Shown: one piece after another, positions 1 through 13,285 of the stretch
Layout of the letters: every line of letters starts with the position of its first letter
How positions within the stretch are numbered: position 1 is the stretch's first letter
Assembly (NCBI GenBank): GCA_964199315.1
Contig: OZ116701.1
Span: 17,298,001-17,362,000 of the forward strand
Length of the DNA: 64,000 bases
Direction of reading: 5' to 3'
Origin: Orbicella franksi
Lineage: Eukaryota
The notes under the pieces: generated by a model
The model's database searches: none
Told to the model about the DNA's origin: nothing
The model's input: the letters and a program-made list of their open reading frames with translations, nothing else
Made by a program: the position numbers and the translations under genes

Positions 1-27
1 TCCCCGAAAGCCATGTAATAAATCCTT

Positions 28-178
28 TATTGACCAAGCTTGTTCGGTTAAAATGGCTGGATATTGGCCTCGTTCTTTTATTTGCGAGTTTATGGACCGA
101 GACGGAGCCGAGGTCCATAAACACGCAAAAAAAGAACTTGGCCAATATCCAGCCATCTTGACCTAACACTTGGTCAAT
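28..178. mobile_element. Palindromic MITE-like repeat (related element in opposite orientation at ~49705-49985)
   Basis: Inverted arms TATTGACCAAG..ATGGCTGGATATTGGCC and GGCCAATATCCAGCCAT..CTTGGTCAATA. Confidence 0.6.
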
Positions 179-779
179 ACCCACACATCTTACTCATACG
201 TCTGTAATCCATGCAGCAATGGATAGATAAACAGCTGTAAGACTGCTGATAATTGGAGAGCCTTGTATATACTGATCCATTTTGTAGCCGTCAGTTAACG
301 GTGAAAATCGGAAATCCTGTTTTATGCTGATTAATTATTTAGTTAAGTTTCAGTCCGTTATTGTCCTTATTGAGTACAGCCGAAAAAAACATCTCCGTGG
401 CAACTGTTTATGTAAATTCTCCTTTGATGCGGCGGATCTCGTTTCTCTTCTAATTTGAATTATGGGGGAGTTATAGTGCCCTCTCACCAGCTACTGGGAA
501 AAACTCTCGGCGAAGATACAGTTAAAGATTTTGAAAACTGCAGTTTTTAAGCGGGGCGAATAAGTTTTGAGCATTTAATTTTGTATTCTCTCAGGCTAGG
601 GTCATAATTTTCAACTCTTTACAACCACTCATTCTAAGTCAATAAGCATCCAATGTGTTTCGCTTCTACAAACGTAACAAAGAGATTTGCCAACCCTCTC
701 CTCCCTCTCACCGTTTCATGTGCGAATCAGTTTCTCGTAGGTAATCAGACATAAATGCAAATATTTCATTTTTCTATAG

Positions 780-3700
780 ACATAAAGTCCAACGCTCACA
801 TTTCAAGACGCAGCTTAAAACCCAACCGCCAGTATCCTGATGGCATTCAAGAAATAAGTGACGGCATCAAGAAGTATGTAACCTCCATTGTTAAGGAATC
901 TGTGGCGTCTTACTGTCTCTCTCCTAACAAAGTGTGCGTGGCAGGTCCCCCCGGACCAAAGGGGATCGAAGGATCTCGAGGTGAACGAGGACCAAAAGGA
1001 AGTACTGGAATCAAGGGCGAAAGAGGTATTTAAGATTAAATCACGTGACCTGTCCCTCGATGCTCTGTTCTAAAGGAGAGCTCGTTAGTCCTTAAGTGAA
1101 ACAGAGGTTTATTTTTAACGTTGTTAGGAGCTTTTGTGTTTTTGTTTTTTGTCTCTGAAAGTCTTCAGTTGTGATCAAATTAACATGGTCAGGGATAAAG
1201 GATAAAAACATGTTGAATAACGTGTCAATCGTGTAGTCGTATCACAACTAAGAGACCCCTAGGTCACCATATGTCCGCCATCTTGGATACACCATGTCGG
1301 ATTTCAAAAGTTGATTTAAAACATCAGAAAAACAATTATAAAAATACAAGCCCCGCAAATAGTTTTGGATAAAGTCGTAATTCAATTCAAAATCCTGGAT
1401 AGATTCTATCAAAAGCGACGAGAAATTAGCCAAATTGCTGTGTTCTTTGCTTCTTGACTTTTTATGGCGTGCGGTCTAACTTATTTCTGACTGTGTCATT
1501 TGAAGAAGAAAATTAGTACACAAAGAACTTGCACAGAACAAATCAAATGATCGCTGTGTCAGTGCCATGTATGTCATCATAAGTCGTGCTGTAAGTTAAC
1601 AACTTATACTTCAAGGAAATGACAACGAGAAAGAAAAAGGTTAAGGGACAAATGAAACTTCGCGATTCAAATTACTGTTACACTTTTTCTATACATTAGA
1701 GCCTAAGTTTAGCTTTAAACGTCTGCCACTGTTTACGATGAATCATTAATTTTATTTCCTTCATTAAATATTTCAGGAGCTCCTGGACATCCTGGACCTA
1801 AAGGTGATGTAGGGGAGTCGATATCTGCTCCAGAAGTGATTGTATGTCCTGCCTCACTCACTGTAACTCAGTACCAGACCGCCACGTTTTCCTGCTCAGC
1901 TGATGGTAATCCAAAGCCTAACGTATCCTGGAATAAAATAAGTGGAACAGAACTGGTGAATAAGGACGGTCAAGGCAATAAGCTCCAGATCAAGAGTGCT
2001 GGTTACAATGACTCGGGGAGTTACGTTTGCACAGCTACAAATGTTTTTGGACGAGCTAAGAAGGTCGTGAAGCTTTTCGTACAAGGTAATCAATTTTATG
2101 ATCGTCACGTACGCTTCAAGCGATACTCTAAGGAGAGCGCTGTTAAGTGTTGCATTATCGTCAATTAGGAAAAATTTACGTTTATTTTAATGTTGCAAAT
2201 TCAACAATGGAGTCCCATCTCCATGCATTTTTAAGTGCGGCCAAATCAATTTGCAAGTGCATCCAAGTAAGGGAGAGGATAAACAATAGCTGCTGTAACC
2301 TTCGCAATTCTTAGAGACTAGCTCTTATATACCCATTGCTTTATTGTACAATTTATACATGCTACATGTTTTAATTTTATATACATTTTTATTATTATTT
2401 CTTATTCGTAAATAATTTTAATTTGTGTGTTTGTGTGTCCCCAATAAGTTGTGAAAACTAAATACATTGACACATTAATAAAGCTTTTACTTACTTTACC
2501 TACTTGATATGTGCGTTTAGACACCTCCCAAATAATAACGATGCTTTTGCTTGCTTGCGTATTTATCAATTTTTTTTATTTTTTTTTTTATTTAGTTACT
2601 TATTTATTTGTTTGCCATGTATTCAAGTTAAGATATTTCCAAAACATTTTGAAACAGTTCTTGATGTCCTTTTGTCAGTCTATTTACTCTGAGTTAACCT
2701 ACGACTTCCCCTTCCGCTGTAATCATACACCGCGCAATATTTCCAGCCCTTTAGTCTGTTAGAATTTAGTTGCTAGCGTTTTTTATTTACTCACACCCTT
2801 TTAATGATAGTTTGAAGTTGTCCAAATTGTTATCTTTGTTGCCGCAGTTTTCTCCTCTTAAAATCTGTCACGCTCACAGTGTGGTTGTGTTACAATAAAA
2901 CTAGATGTAAACTATGTGAGAGTTTAAATTTGTCGTCTGTAATAAATGTATAGCCCGTTCTAGGCTCTCGATCAGTGGGGACGAAAAATAGCAGGCGGGT
3001 GACGAGCAGATCCCGTTCGCTTTTTCGATCGTCCCTAATGACCGAGGACCTACAACTGGCTATACATTTGCAGACGACAAATTTGAACACTCACATAGCT
3101 TACCTGTAGTTTTATTGATCTCAACTCCACTATGCCGTGTGATACGGAGAAGCTTTATACTAAAAGAATGAAGCGTCAATTCAGGATATAAAGATACTAT
3201 CATATCAAGGCCGTAGCTAGTAGCAGGCAAGCCGAGACACTTGCCTCAGTCTCTTTCTTTTTCGTTTTTTGTTGTTTATAATCATCATAAACACCTTTAA
3301 TACCAAGGGAAAGACTTTAAACGTGGGCATTGCCTCGGTCACGATTTCTTCGTGGACATTGTCTCAGTCATAATTTTTTGTAAAAGCCGACAAAGACGAC
3401 AAATACAGGACACGTTATGGGCGTGCAATCAGACGTCCCAAGAGACTGTAGACCATTGACTAACAACTAGACTGTTCACAGTCCTGTATTCTCGTATTTT
3501 TATTCGATCGTTCAAAGCGCAGATACAATCGCGAGAGAACTGGACGCCAGCGCAAAACGGGAGACTTGACAGGGTAGGGGGAGTCAATAGCCCTTTTCAC
3601 GGTTAACTTTGCTCATTTGCATTACAATAAAATCTAGCATGTGTGAGGCAATTTCGGGCTATTTCGTGGTTTTAGCCGGAAATTGCCTCCCATCCACGTT

Positions 3701-6700
3701 GGATTAAATTGTAATGCAAATAAGAAAAATTAACCGTGAAAAGGGCTATTATTCCGCAAGTTGGATGTGAGATAGTAGATAGCCAACGAGGTGCATAGCG
3801 CCGAGTTGGCTATAATCACCTGATATCCAACATGCGCGAGTGGAATAATTGTTTTCATAAAAACGCTCCCAAAATATATAAAATGAAACCAAAAGAATCA
3901 CGCGTGGCTCATAACCCATGATGGCTAAGCCAGTGAAAACTCTTGAATTGCATTAACCAAAGATCCAGTTTTTAAGAAAATGTGATAACCCGGTTAGAAC
4001 TGGCTTTGTCAAACTAGAGTATGTCTCTTCTCTGAGCTTAGTAACCTTAGTAGTTTTCTATCCAAAAGCACGTTTAAAAAAATCTTTGTCTCACGCTTTT
4101 AAATTCAGGAAAGGAAATACCCCTTACTAGCCGTGTTCGAAGTCCGCGCGTTAAGAAACGGACCAAGTTTTTTCCTTCTCGATTTATGACTCAAGCGTAA
4201 AACAGGCTTAACTTACAGTATGGACCGAGAAGACGGCGCTAGTAAGATATTTTTTTTTTTATACTCTACGCGTATTTCTCTGGTTCGAAGCGGTAGAATA
4301 AGGCCCGCTAAATTTACCGATCCTAGGGCGCGTAGTAACTAAGAAGTATAAGAAATGTTAACATGTCCTAATAGTTTCAATCGTTTATTTGTATGTTTAT
4401 TTGTTTTTTCGTCCAGTTCCCCCACAATTCCTCGAGACTCCCGACAGCGTTGTAAAAGTAACAGGAAATTCGGTAGCTTCTCTTTCCTGTCGAGTATTTG
4501 GTTATCCACAACCGACAGTTGTCTGGTCAAGAGGACTTGTGCCGTTACCACAAGGTCGAACTACTGTTATCAATGGCACACTGAATATCTCCAACTTTAA
4601 ACCTCAAGATACTGGTCCTTATCAGTGCAAAGCCACCAATAAGTTGGGATCTGTTAGTGCATTGACAACCTTGAATTATGTCAAACCAGGTGAGTACCGA
4701 AGAAGATAGATCTAGACCGTATTTGTCCCATAATATCTCCCACTTTAGTCCTGAAGACGTTGGTCCTTAATCGTGAAGCTACTAACAAGCTTGGATCTGT
4801 TAGGGCATGATAACCTGCGCAACGTGTGTGTGACAGCACCTAGGAACTAATATTCTTGGGTTTCACGTGACGTCGCAAGCCTTGATCAAATCAGTGTCCG
4901 CCATGTTGGTGTCCTTCGGGTGTCAAATTTATGCCAGTAATAGTCCATTTCTACAGTGAAGCTTCTCTATTATCGCTCTATTATTTCGACAACTACATGG
5001 ATTTCCAGAAAAAAAAAACGATAAAAGTACCGGGCATTAATCTAAAGGTATCCCAGTGCTCTCTGAGAATCCCAAAAGCTTAGAGAGACGAGTAAAGGAA
5101 AGATATTAAGATCTCGGTCATCGGGGTTGACACCCCGCAAGCAAAGCAGCCGAACAGTTCAGTCCAGACCAGAAAATTCAGGATCTACAACAGCCGCAAG
5201 CCTCGAACCATGCAACAGCTTCTAGTTCTGGGCCTGCATCAGCCGGCGCCTCAGCGCATGCAGCCCACATCAGCGCCTTCGAAAGAGGAAATGGATCAGC
5301 TTTATGCCAAACTCAACCAATGCAAAATTAAAGCAGTAGCTTTAAGTTTAATTGATCCTTTTGCTGACCACTTTATCGACCAAAGCCGCTCTGTTCCGGT
5401 AGTTTCAGAGCGAAGTGTTTGCTACAAACTCGTTCACTCTCTAGCACTCTCTTGTTTGTAGCGTCGCCGCGACTCACCGCAGAAATCCACTCGTTTGTCC
5501 TCCTAATAGTGAGTTCCTCCTGTTCTTGCCCTTGATTTGAAATAATCTTAGGTATACGAAAAACCCTGAGCCTCTACGATTCCAACTTTTGTTCGAACAG
5601 CCAACAACGACGCTTAAAACCATCCCCTCTTTCTCGCATGAACTCTTCTTTGGATACGCTTTGTTTACGCTTGAGGGACACCAAGATGGCGGATGGTAAC
5701 CGTTGCTAAGCTATTGGTCACGTGGGGGAAACCCAAGAATTGTTTATTTTAACTATGTATTGTTTCACTGACTGAAACATCTAAAACAGTAACCTACGTA
5801 GACTCCCCAGCTACGCTGAAAGTCGACAGGCAGTTTAGCCTTCCCCGTATTTGTTAGCTACACTGATCCACTTAAGTAGCCTTTGTTATCACTACTATTA
5901 GAGGATCGCTAAAACAGGCATCTTATGGACAGATCGAGATTTAAAAACTCGCGCTGTTACTAGAAATAATTTTTTGTTCTTTGGTTTCTGATGATACCCT
6001 AGAATTGCGCTGTGAACCCTTGTGGTGTAATTGTCGCGCGCACATTGGGAGAATAACCCCATTTTCTCAGAATTAAGCTCAATAGAGAGATACATAATCG
6101 TTTCCGCGTGGTCGTGAACCATGTATCATTTTCTTGATTGTAGCGTGAACCAATTTTAACGCATGTTATGTCAATAATTATCTGAAATGTAAAATTACCC
6201 GGCAGTATTCGTAAAATTCAATTTAATTGTGTCCTCGAGAACAAAGCATGCGAACAAAAATAAGACTTAGTGCCGCTTAAAGTTGTAAACTTTAATTATA
6301 AAACATACATTAATTAATTTACCCCTTCCTCGTCGTTTACGGTTCACAACTATTACTTTACCCTTGGCTTTTGTCCGTTTCTAGCTGATGTTGCAAGTTT
6401 TTATTAGGATCTTTAGATTCAAAGGAATCATCTTAAAGCGTATTGATCACGTGTTAATCAACTTATTATCAAACTCGAGTTAATCTATTTTTATCTATGG
6501 CAGTCTGATTGTCTTTTTTCTGCAAAATATGCAATAAGAGGCTGATGAATACTCCCTCAGTGGCTATTACGCGGTCTTATTGACCTGTTGCAGTGATTTT
6601 GTTAAGACCCTGGTACTCATTCAGACGTTTTATCTACGGAAACTGTTCAGTCTCTTGTTGACTATATAAAGTTTTGCTAAACCTGCCTTTGTTTTTCTTT

Positions 6701-7874
6701 TTGAAGTTCCAGATTTCTGGAGAAATTCGGCGATTATAACAGGAAACTCATTTTATAAAAGTCGCCTTCATGAATTCCTAACACCTGCTGTTGGAAGCTA
6801 CCCTAGTTGGGTCCTGTGTTACCGCGCTTCCACTCACGGCTGGGCTGTCCGTACCTTTCACAGCAGGTGTGATGGGAAACGAAACACGGTTACCATCATC
6901 AAAAAGGGACAGTACGTGTTTGGAGGCTACACTGACATACCTTGGGGTAAATAGAAATTTTCATATGTGTTTTCTTTAATTATAGGCTATTAAGGGACGG
7001 ACCATTAGAAAAGTGATTGGGATGGGAAAAAAAAACAATCATGCAAGGGAAGGTGACTGAAACAGAAACAGTGAATTGCACTGTCGGGTTTACAAAATGT
7101 AACCCCCTGAAGGGCACCTTGGTAAACAATTTAATACCGTTTTCCTGGTCCTGGTGAAATCCCCAATGACCTGGTTTTCTCTACAATTAGGAAAACGGAC
7201 ATTTTTCCCTTTCAAGGCTGATACATTTTGTGCGTAGCAACTTCATCATGGACACTGTAAGCCAAACACCCTTGCAGAAAAATCCTTATAGCTAACCATG
7301 GCTTAAAAGTGATAAAAAAGCATGTTCTTTAAACAGCCGCCCTTTTTAATTCGTTTGCATTCAAGTAAACGCAGCACATACTGTGTTTTGAAAGTCTCGA
7401 CATATAGGAGTGATTTCGCAACTGAAATGTATAAATGACGATTGTGGACACAGATGTGCACACCCATTACGAACCGAAACACTTCTCCCAAGATGGTCGC
7501 CAAGATCAACGTTGGACAAATGTTGTAAACAAAGACAATCATAGAGGTGTTAACACAACTAATGCGTTTAGTATGGACAGTTTGAATCTATTTTACTCAC
7601 TGATACCTAAAATTTACTACCGCTTTAGTTAATTCTTAACTTATTTCATAGAAAGCCACACACTCGTAAATGTAAAAGATCCACGGACTGCAATCAAGGT
7701 TCTAATGAGTGGTGTTACAGTAATTTTGGAGCCAGCCTACAGGCCGTTAAAGCCTGATATCTTGGCACTCGCCTAATTAACTTCTTCCCAACTTCTTCTT
7801 ATAAAACATATTCGCTAAAAAAATAAAGAGTGCAGTAATTGGATCTCGTGTCGTACAAACGCGCGAGACCGATG

Positions 7875-7913
<39 letters not shown>

Positions 7914-8854
7914 AGAGGTCTAATTACTCATTAATCGTATCGATAACAAAATTTCCAAATAAAAAAGTCTTTTGAGAATTTCTTTTGACCGAAAAAGGGG
8001 GAAGCGCCTTCCATAACTGTAGGAAATATTAAAAAGAAAGAAATTAAAGCGCGCGTTATTGACGTTTGAATGGTGAAGGCATCCAATTACAGGTAGGTAG
8101 CTACAACTGGTTGTAACTGGATACCTGTAATTGGACACCCACGTGATCGCGCGCCGATTACGTTACAAAAAGGCGCGCGGAGAACCAATCACGATCGAGA
8201 TGATCCTATATCACAGACAAAAATTTAACGTTGTTTATGATTATGGCAAGATTATTAGCCCGTTTATGTTCTAAATCACTATGGATATAAAAGTGAATAA
8301 AGTAGTATTCCGGTTTTTCTGGATGATGTTCGGAATTTATTTCGTCTATCATGAATTACGGAAAAGGTTAATCATTTGAATCTGCAATTGTAAAACGACA
8401 ATAACTTCCAGAACTGCTTAAGATGAAAGATTATTACTGTATACAGGATCGACGGAGCATACGAAAGTGTTTTTTGTCCTGATTTGGTCGTCAAGCTTCT
8501 TTGCTTAAACTGTAATTCTTATTCAACTTTAATTGTTCCTCTTTAGAGTCCAGCGCTGGAAACGCTGCCACTTCCAATGCGTTCATATTTTCACTCCGCA
8601 ACAAAGAAGGTCTTGGACCATTCAAGAGCTTGTCGACGAACCCATCACAAGCAATTTACAGGAGCCCAAGTTACGGTCCGGTATTTGGTTGGTTTGACTT
8701 CTACATTTCTGACAATGCAAATAGTAACACTCGTTCATACACATATTTTGGCAACTCTTACTCAGTTCCAAGTGGAGTACAAGACAGGAAAACAATCCTG
8801 GCTGGGACTCACAACTTCACACCTGACGAGGTAGAGGTCTTCTACCTTGGCTGA
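780..8854 (+). CDS. Collagen-Ig-Ig-TLDc protein, copy A (5'-partial; TM exon 1 lies upstream of the window)
   Basis: Exons 780-1025, 1777-2085, 4417-4689, 6713-6946, 8547-8854. All have AG/GT boundaries and phase-1 junctions that join into one open frame. Motifs: GPPGPKGIEGSRGERGPKGSTGIKGER+GAPGHPGPKGDVGES (collagen); two Ig domains (C..W..DSGSYVC and C..W..DTGPYQC); TLDc (WVLCYRASTHGW..FHSRCDGK..TVTIIK..VFGGYT..W / AFIFSL / GPVFG / EVEVF). Confidence 0.9.
2952..3061. mobile_element. MITE (AGCC..GGCT ends, AT flanks)
   Basis: Imperfect ~34-bp TIRs. A partial relative lies at ~19845-19915. Confidence 0.6.
3589..3747. mobile_element. Hairpin MITE (AGCCCTTTTCACGGTTAA..TTAACCGTGAAAAGGGCT)
   Basis: About 40 bp of near-perfect inverted arms, with AT on both flanks. 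Confidence 0.7.
4854..5738. mobile_element. Internally deleted DNA transposon, ISL2EU/PHIS-like, with THAP remnant
   Basis: 11-bp TIRs TCTTGGGTTTC/GAAACCCAAGA with AT on both sides; empty site in copy B. Minus strand 5623-5408 reads MVLSVVVGCSNK..RIPKII..EWISAVSR..ERVCSKHF (THAP C2CH signature, one frameshift). A convergent plus-strand coding remnant lies at ~5210-5400. Confidence 0.7.
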
Positions 8855-11379
8855 ACAATAATAATATGTAATCAGTAAAATTAAGCACCCTACAAAACGT
8901 ACGCAAGATTTCAACGCAACATATTGCAGCATTCTTGCGCATGGAAACTTTTGCTATCCCAATGCATTGCACCATCTAACATCTTGGAACATACTGCAAC
9001 CGGATGACCAAACGTGGGCAATAAGTTTTCGAAAAGGATCAGTTGTATGTCTAACATGTTACGTTGAAATATTGCGTGTGTTATAATTTTACCTTCCCGT
9101 TTTTCATTTGATTGTTTTCGACACCCTGAATTCTATATGTTTTGCTCCATATAGAATATCGTCCTGTTTTGAATGCGAATGGACTGTTCTTAAGACCAAA
9201 CTGGGTGCATTTTTTTATGGTTATGTTTTAGATTTGTTTTCATACGGCGCAACGTGAACTGATGAATCACGAATTGGCGTCATGGCATAAGCTGCATAAG
9301 TGATACCTTCCCTTGTTGTAGAGTTGAAATTATCGTTATTATCGTTACGTTACTTTCACTTCACTATTGACTGGGAAAATAAATCTACAGTTGAACCTTG
9401 GTCTCGCTATTTTCGAGGTACGAGGGGCCTCGCTACTTTACGGGGGACAGGGGTCGCTACTTTTGGAATCTATCAGCGGCCACAAATTTTTAACGTTACT
9501 TTTGGGGGGTTACCACGGACATTACGGATAAAGCTTGTGATAACAGATTTATAAGATATACTTTCCACGTTCATAGGTATCATAATTCAAGTATCATGAA
9601 AGCAATTTTCTCTGATAATTGTCTTTTCCTTTAAAGGAAATATTTCAAACTTCGGAAATACTAAAACATCTTTCTTAGCTCAGATGAAGCAAATTAGTTC
9701 GGACCTTTGTTAACCAGCCTTAGTTAGGCGTTATCAAAAAAACGGGAAGCTGAAAAAACAGTTATTAGTGTTTATTCATATTAAATTAACCTTATTTCTA
9801 CAACTATTAGCTACTACTGTCATTCAGCAAGAAATATCTTTGACATAAGTACTGAACGAAATTTGAAGACGCAACAATCACCGCGGGGTCATTTTGGATT
9901 TGTGTTTGAGGTAAACTCGGTAAGAAAAATCACATTTTTATCGTGATAAAGCTTCGTTCTCAAAATGTTCTCCGTCCACACTATAACTCAAAGCCGGCGT
10001 TTTCAAATTCCTCCGGTGTGAAGTTAACAAATTGACCCCAGATTTTCATGCGTCTGTCCTGTTATTGATCATGAATCTCGTCATAACATTGTCAAAGTAG
10101 CTGTGGATCGAAATTCATTGTCAATAACAGGACAGACGAATGAAAAACCGCCGTCAACTTGTTTTTTTGCGAAACTACATGGCATAAATTATAAATTCAT
10201 GTGTCTGTCCGCTTATTGACAATGAAAATTAGCCAAGTAGCGCGAGAATTTCTGCAGTTATTGTAAAAAGCATTTTCGGGACGGATTAGTGTTGACGGTA
10301 GGCCTAACCGTAGAAATAGAGCTGCGTTTTCAAATTTCTCCGGCGTAGTACCGAGGGGCCTTAGTCCGATAGAATGACAGAAATTCATTGAAGGTAGTAA
10401 AGATAATTTGTTGATTTTAAACTTGTTTTGGCCATATGACATCTCGTGCAAAGTGAATTTTCTGCTTGAACCAGGATCTCCGAAAAAGCGATCATTTTCA
10501 ATAGTAATAGGCTTAATGTTGCACGGAAGAAAAAAGTCGTCGTAAGAAAATATATTGGTCTTGTTATATTTTGTTAGAGCCCGAAATCTTTAAAACGTGA
10601 AAAATATACGTGATAATATTGGTTTCGCGACGATCCCGTAACATTAACTGTCACATTAGCCGCAGGGACAGCTGTAGTCAGTCCAGTTAAAACTAGTTGT
10701 GATTGTTTTGGTCTCTATATAGCGTTCAATTGAGTGTCGTAAAACCAAAACCAAAGTAATCACTCTGGCCAATCACAAAGGATACAGACAGTACCGTGAA
10801 CCAATCAAAACTCCTAGTAATTACATGCCGCTCATGCGAAACGCAGGAAAACAAGTGCGAACGAATCACGATTGGTTTTGGTTTTACTTCTGATTGGATG
10901 AAGTGGCGGGAGTTTTTTAAGCCAGTTAATCATGTAGCGTATTTGATGCAAAACCAATGACTTTTCGACATCAAATGAAAACCGTCTATCTATTTGAAGA
11001 TGTAAATAGAAAGCCTGCGACCGACTTTGCATTTGTGTATTTCCCTGTGTTCAACCTCCTCCCGCTTCCTCGGTTGGGACTGAAGATTTTCCTTGAGTCT
11101 TTTACCATGAGTGCAATGTTTTCATGGCCATGGTGTGCACTCTTAAAGACCACACAAGTGACGCCTTAAATTATTCAAAAACTCAAGGGAACAATAAAAA
11201 AATGTGGTGCATTTGTTTTTCCCAATAACTTTCAAATTTTAACGGCAAAGAGCCAATTAATTCCTTCAATGAGATCTGCCTGCAGGGAATCATGGTAGCT
11301 GTATTCATCATCTTGGACTGGATATTTGTTCTGATGAATACAATAACCATGATTCCTTGCAGGAACTTGTCATAGAGGG

Positions 11380-11547
11380 AATAGGCCAATTTGGATATAG
11401 TAAAATTCTAACTTTGTTCTGAGGCCTAGCGGAATAAAACAAAATAAATTAATTATTCATCCCTCAACCTCAATGCGATTACTTTTGTTTTATTCCCGTA
11501 AGCCTGAAATACAAGCAAAAATTTTAATATATCGAAATTGGCCTATT
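11380..11547. mobile_element. MITE (AATAGGCCAATT..AATTGGCCTATT); copies at 27637-27804 and a disrupted one at ~44560-44930
   Basis: About 28-bp TIRs. Present in all three spacers, so it predates the triplication. Confidence 0.65.
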
Positions 11548-12440
11548 GACTATTAGAGGGGAAATCAGCGAAACTCTGCGCTCGCATGACAGATCACCAC
11601 CTCCTTCTTGAACCCAACGAGCTCATGGCAGATATTCAGTGAGAAGTCACCTGTCTAGCTCCACTCCAGTTTTCATTTTTTTAGTTATGCATTACTGTCT
11701 ATTGAAATTTGCCTTGAATGTCTTAACTACATTTCAGAACTTCACGACACAGTAATAGTGCTGTCAGCCTAGTTAATCACCAATAAAAATATTTTTCCGA
11801 GCCAGTTTGACCCACTGTTGATAAGGACGGTATAGCATCTACAGAATCTACATCTACATCTACGTTTTGCAACCTGCAAAGGGATTTTAAAAAACAAATC
11901 ATGTCACATAGGCAGAAGCCGATGGAGAGGAAGCCTTCTATGCAGAAACTCATTGTGCTTGTCACTCATCGCACCTAAAGGGCATCTGCAAAGGAGGCTA
12001 ATGAAGAGGTGCTCCAAAGGAAGCAGGGGCCAGATGAAGGTGGGTCCTTTTTCTCTCCACTAGCGGAAGAAAGTGTGAAAACAATTTTGGCCCATCATGA
12101 GGCAAGGGATCCCATATCTTTTCCAGAGTAGATTTGCAATGGATTTTTATTCTGGATGGTACGTACACAAGCAGCAGCTTTGCTGCCATCAATTACCATG
12201 GAACCTCTATGAAGAAGTTATGTTTATCAGTGTTACATAGTTTATCGTTGCAGCTAGGTAATGGTTCACAGGAATCCCGAGTCCAGAAGAATCTTCCTAC
12301 AGAACCCAGCACTATTAATACTAGAGCAGTTAAATTGGTTTACAATTTTAGCTGTTGAATTTCATTGCTCAAGTAGAACTTTACAGTACATTGTATCATC
12401 GAGCTTGAACATAAAATTGAAACTCTGTGGCGCGCTGATG

Positions 12441-12471
<31 letters not shown>

Positions 12472-12509
12472 CTTTTTTTAAAGTGTGGTTATTTATTCGG
12501 TTTATGACT

Positions 12510-12786
12510 GATTAAAATGATGAGTTCCGTCCAAGAGTATAGAGCCTTTGCATAAATCGCGCCTAAATTTAATTATACACTCTAAGCCTCACGATTCATG
12601 TGTAAAATCCTTGGTCTAGAAACATGAGTACGAGGCTCAGGATGTGTAAAGTATTGTTATTCAAACTTATGCGCCATTTATGCAAAGGATCCTAATTTCC
12701 GCTTTGGTGTTAACAGTGAATGAAGAATTCTCCGGTGGATATGTTAAGTACCAAAGACGACTGGAGCAAATTAAAATCCAAACTGA
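12510..12786 (+). pseudogene. Decayed DUF4419 fragment upstream of receptor copy B
   Basis: AAAATGATGAGTTCCGTCCAAGAGTAT (12514-12540) matches the MMTSVQEY codons. 12695-12786 reads FRFGVNSE*RI..VDMLSTKDDWSKLKSKL with a frameshift, versus FRFGVTYACGIPAVEMLGTEDDWSKLKSKL in the intact gene. The last ~35 nt match almost perfectly. Confidence 0.85.
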
Positions 12787-13285
12787 ACAACCTGTGATTA
12801 CACTACTATCGACGTGGGAAATCTAAAACGTCAAATAAAGAAAACATGGCTTAAGAAATAGACTTCAGTTGCATCCATGACACGGACCAGTGGTTACTCA
12901 GGGGTTTCTCTATTTACAGCAAAAGTTTCTTCTCGAAAAATAAACTCAAAGAGGAAATATGAAGAAAAACGTATCTTTTGCCGCCTTGTTTCTTTACATT
13001 CTTGACCTGATTACACATAATGCCTCCTAGAGCCTGAAGGGATCTGTTGACTGAAACGCTTGATTTTAGTTACCAACACCTGATAACTTCACTCAGAAGT
13101 CCTGATAACTCAATCCTTTCCTGATTGGCATTTTTTCCGTAATGTAATACTACAGATATTCGTTATTTACTTGCCAGTCTGTACCTGCTGTCAAGATCAC
13201 GTATAGTTTACGCGACAGTTTACGCGATTGTTAAGAGAAATTCGATTGTTTCATATCCCACTTCACAATTCAACATCAAAGAGCT

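Noticed and set aside
4741-4800. Other CTGANGA-containing sites as hammerheads (e.g. 4751, 6542, 26104, 36504, 45403)
   Set aside because: No stem II followed by GAAA, and no stem I complementarity.
6701-6712. Alternative exon-5 acceptor 6 nt upstream in copy A (GAAG|TTCCAG)
   Set aside because: In frame, but the AG is absent from copies B and C; the conserved CAG|AT acceptor was used.
12695-12786. Diversity-generating retroelement template/variable repeat pair, or active conversion donor (the relic overlaps the first variable DUF4419 cassette)
   Set aside because: Differences are not adenine-specific, there is no DGR-type reverse transcriptase, and the relic's residues (VNSE*/VDSE*) appear in no intact copy.
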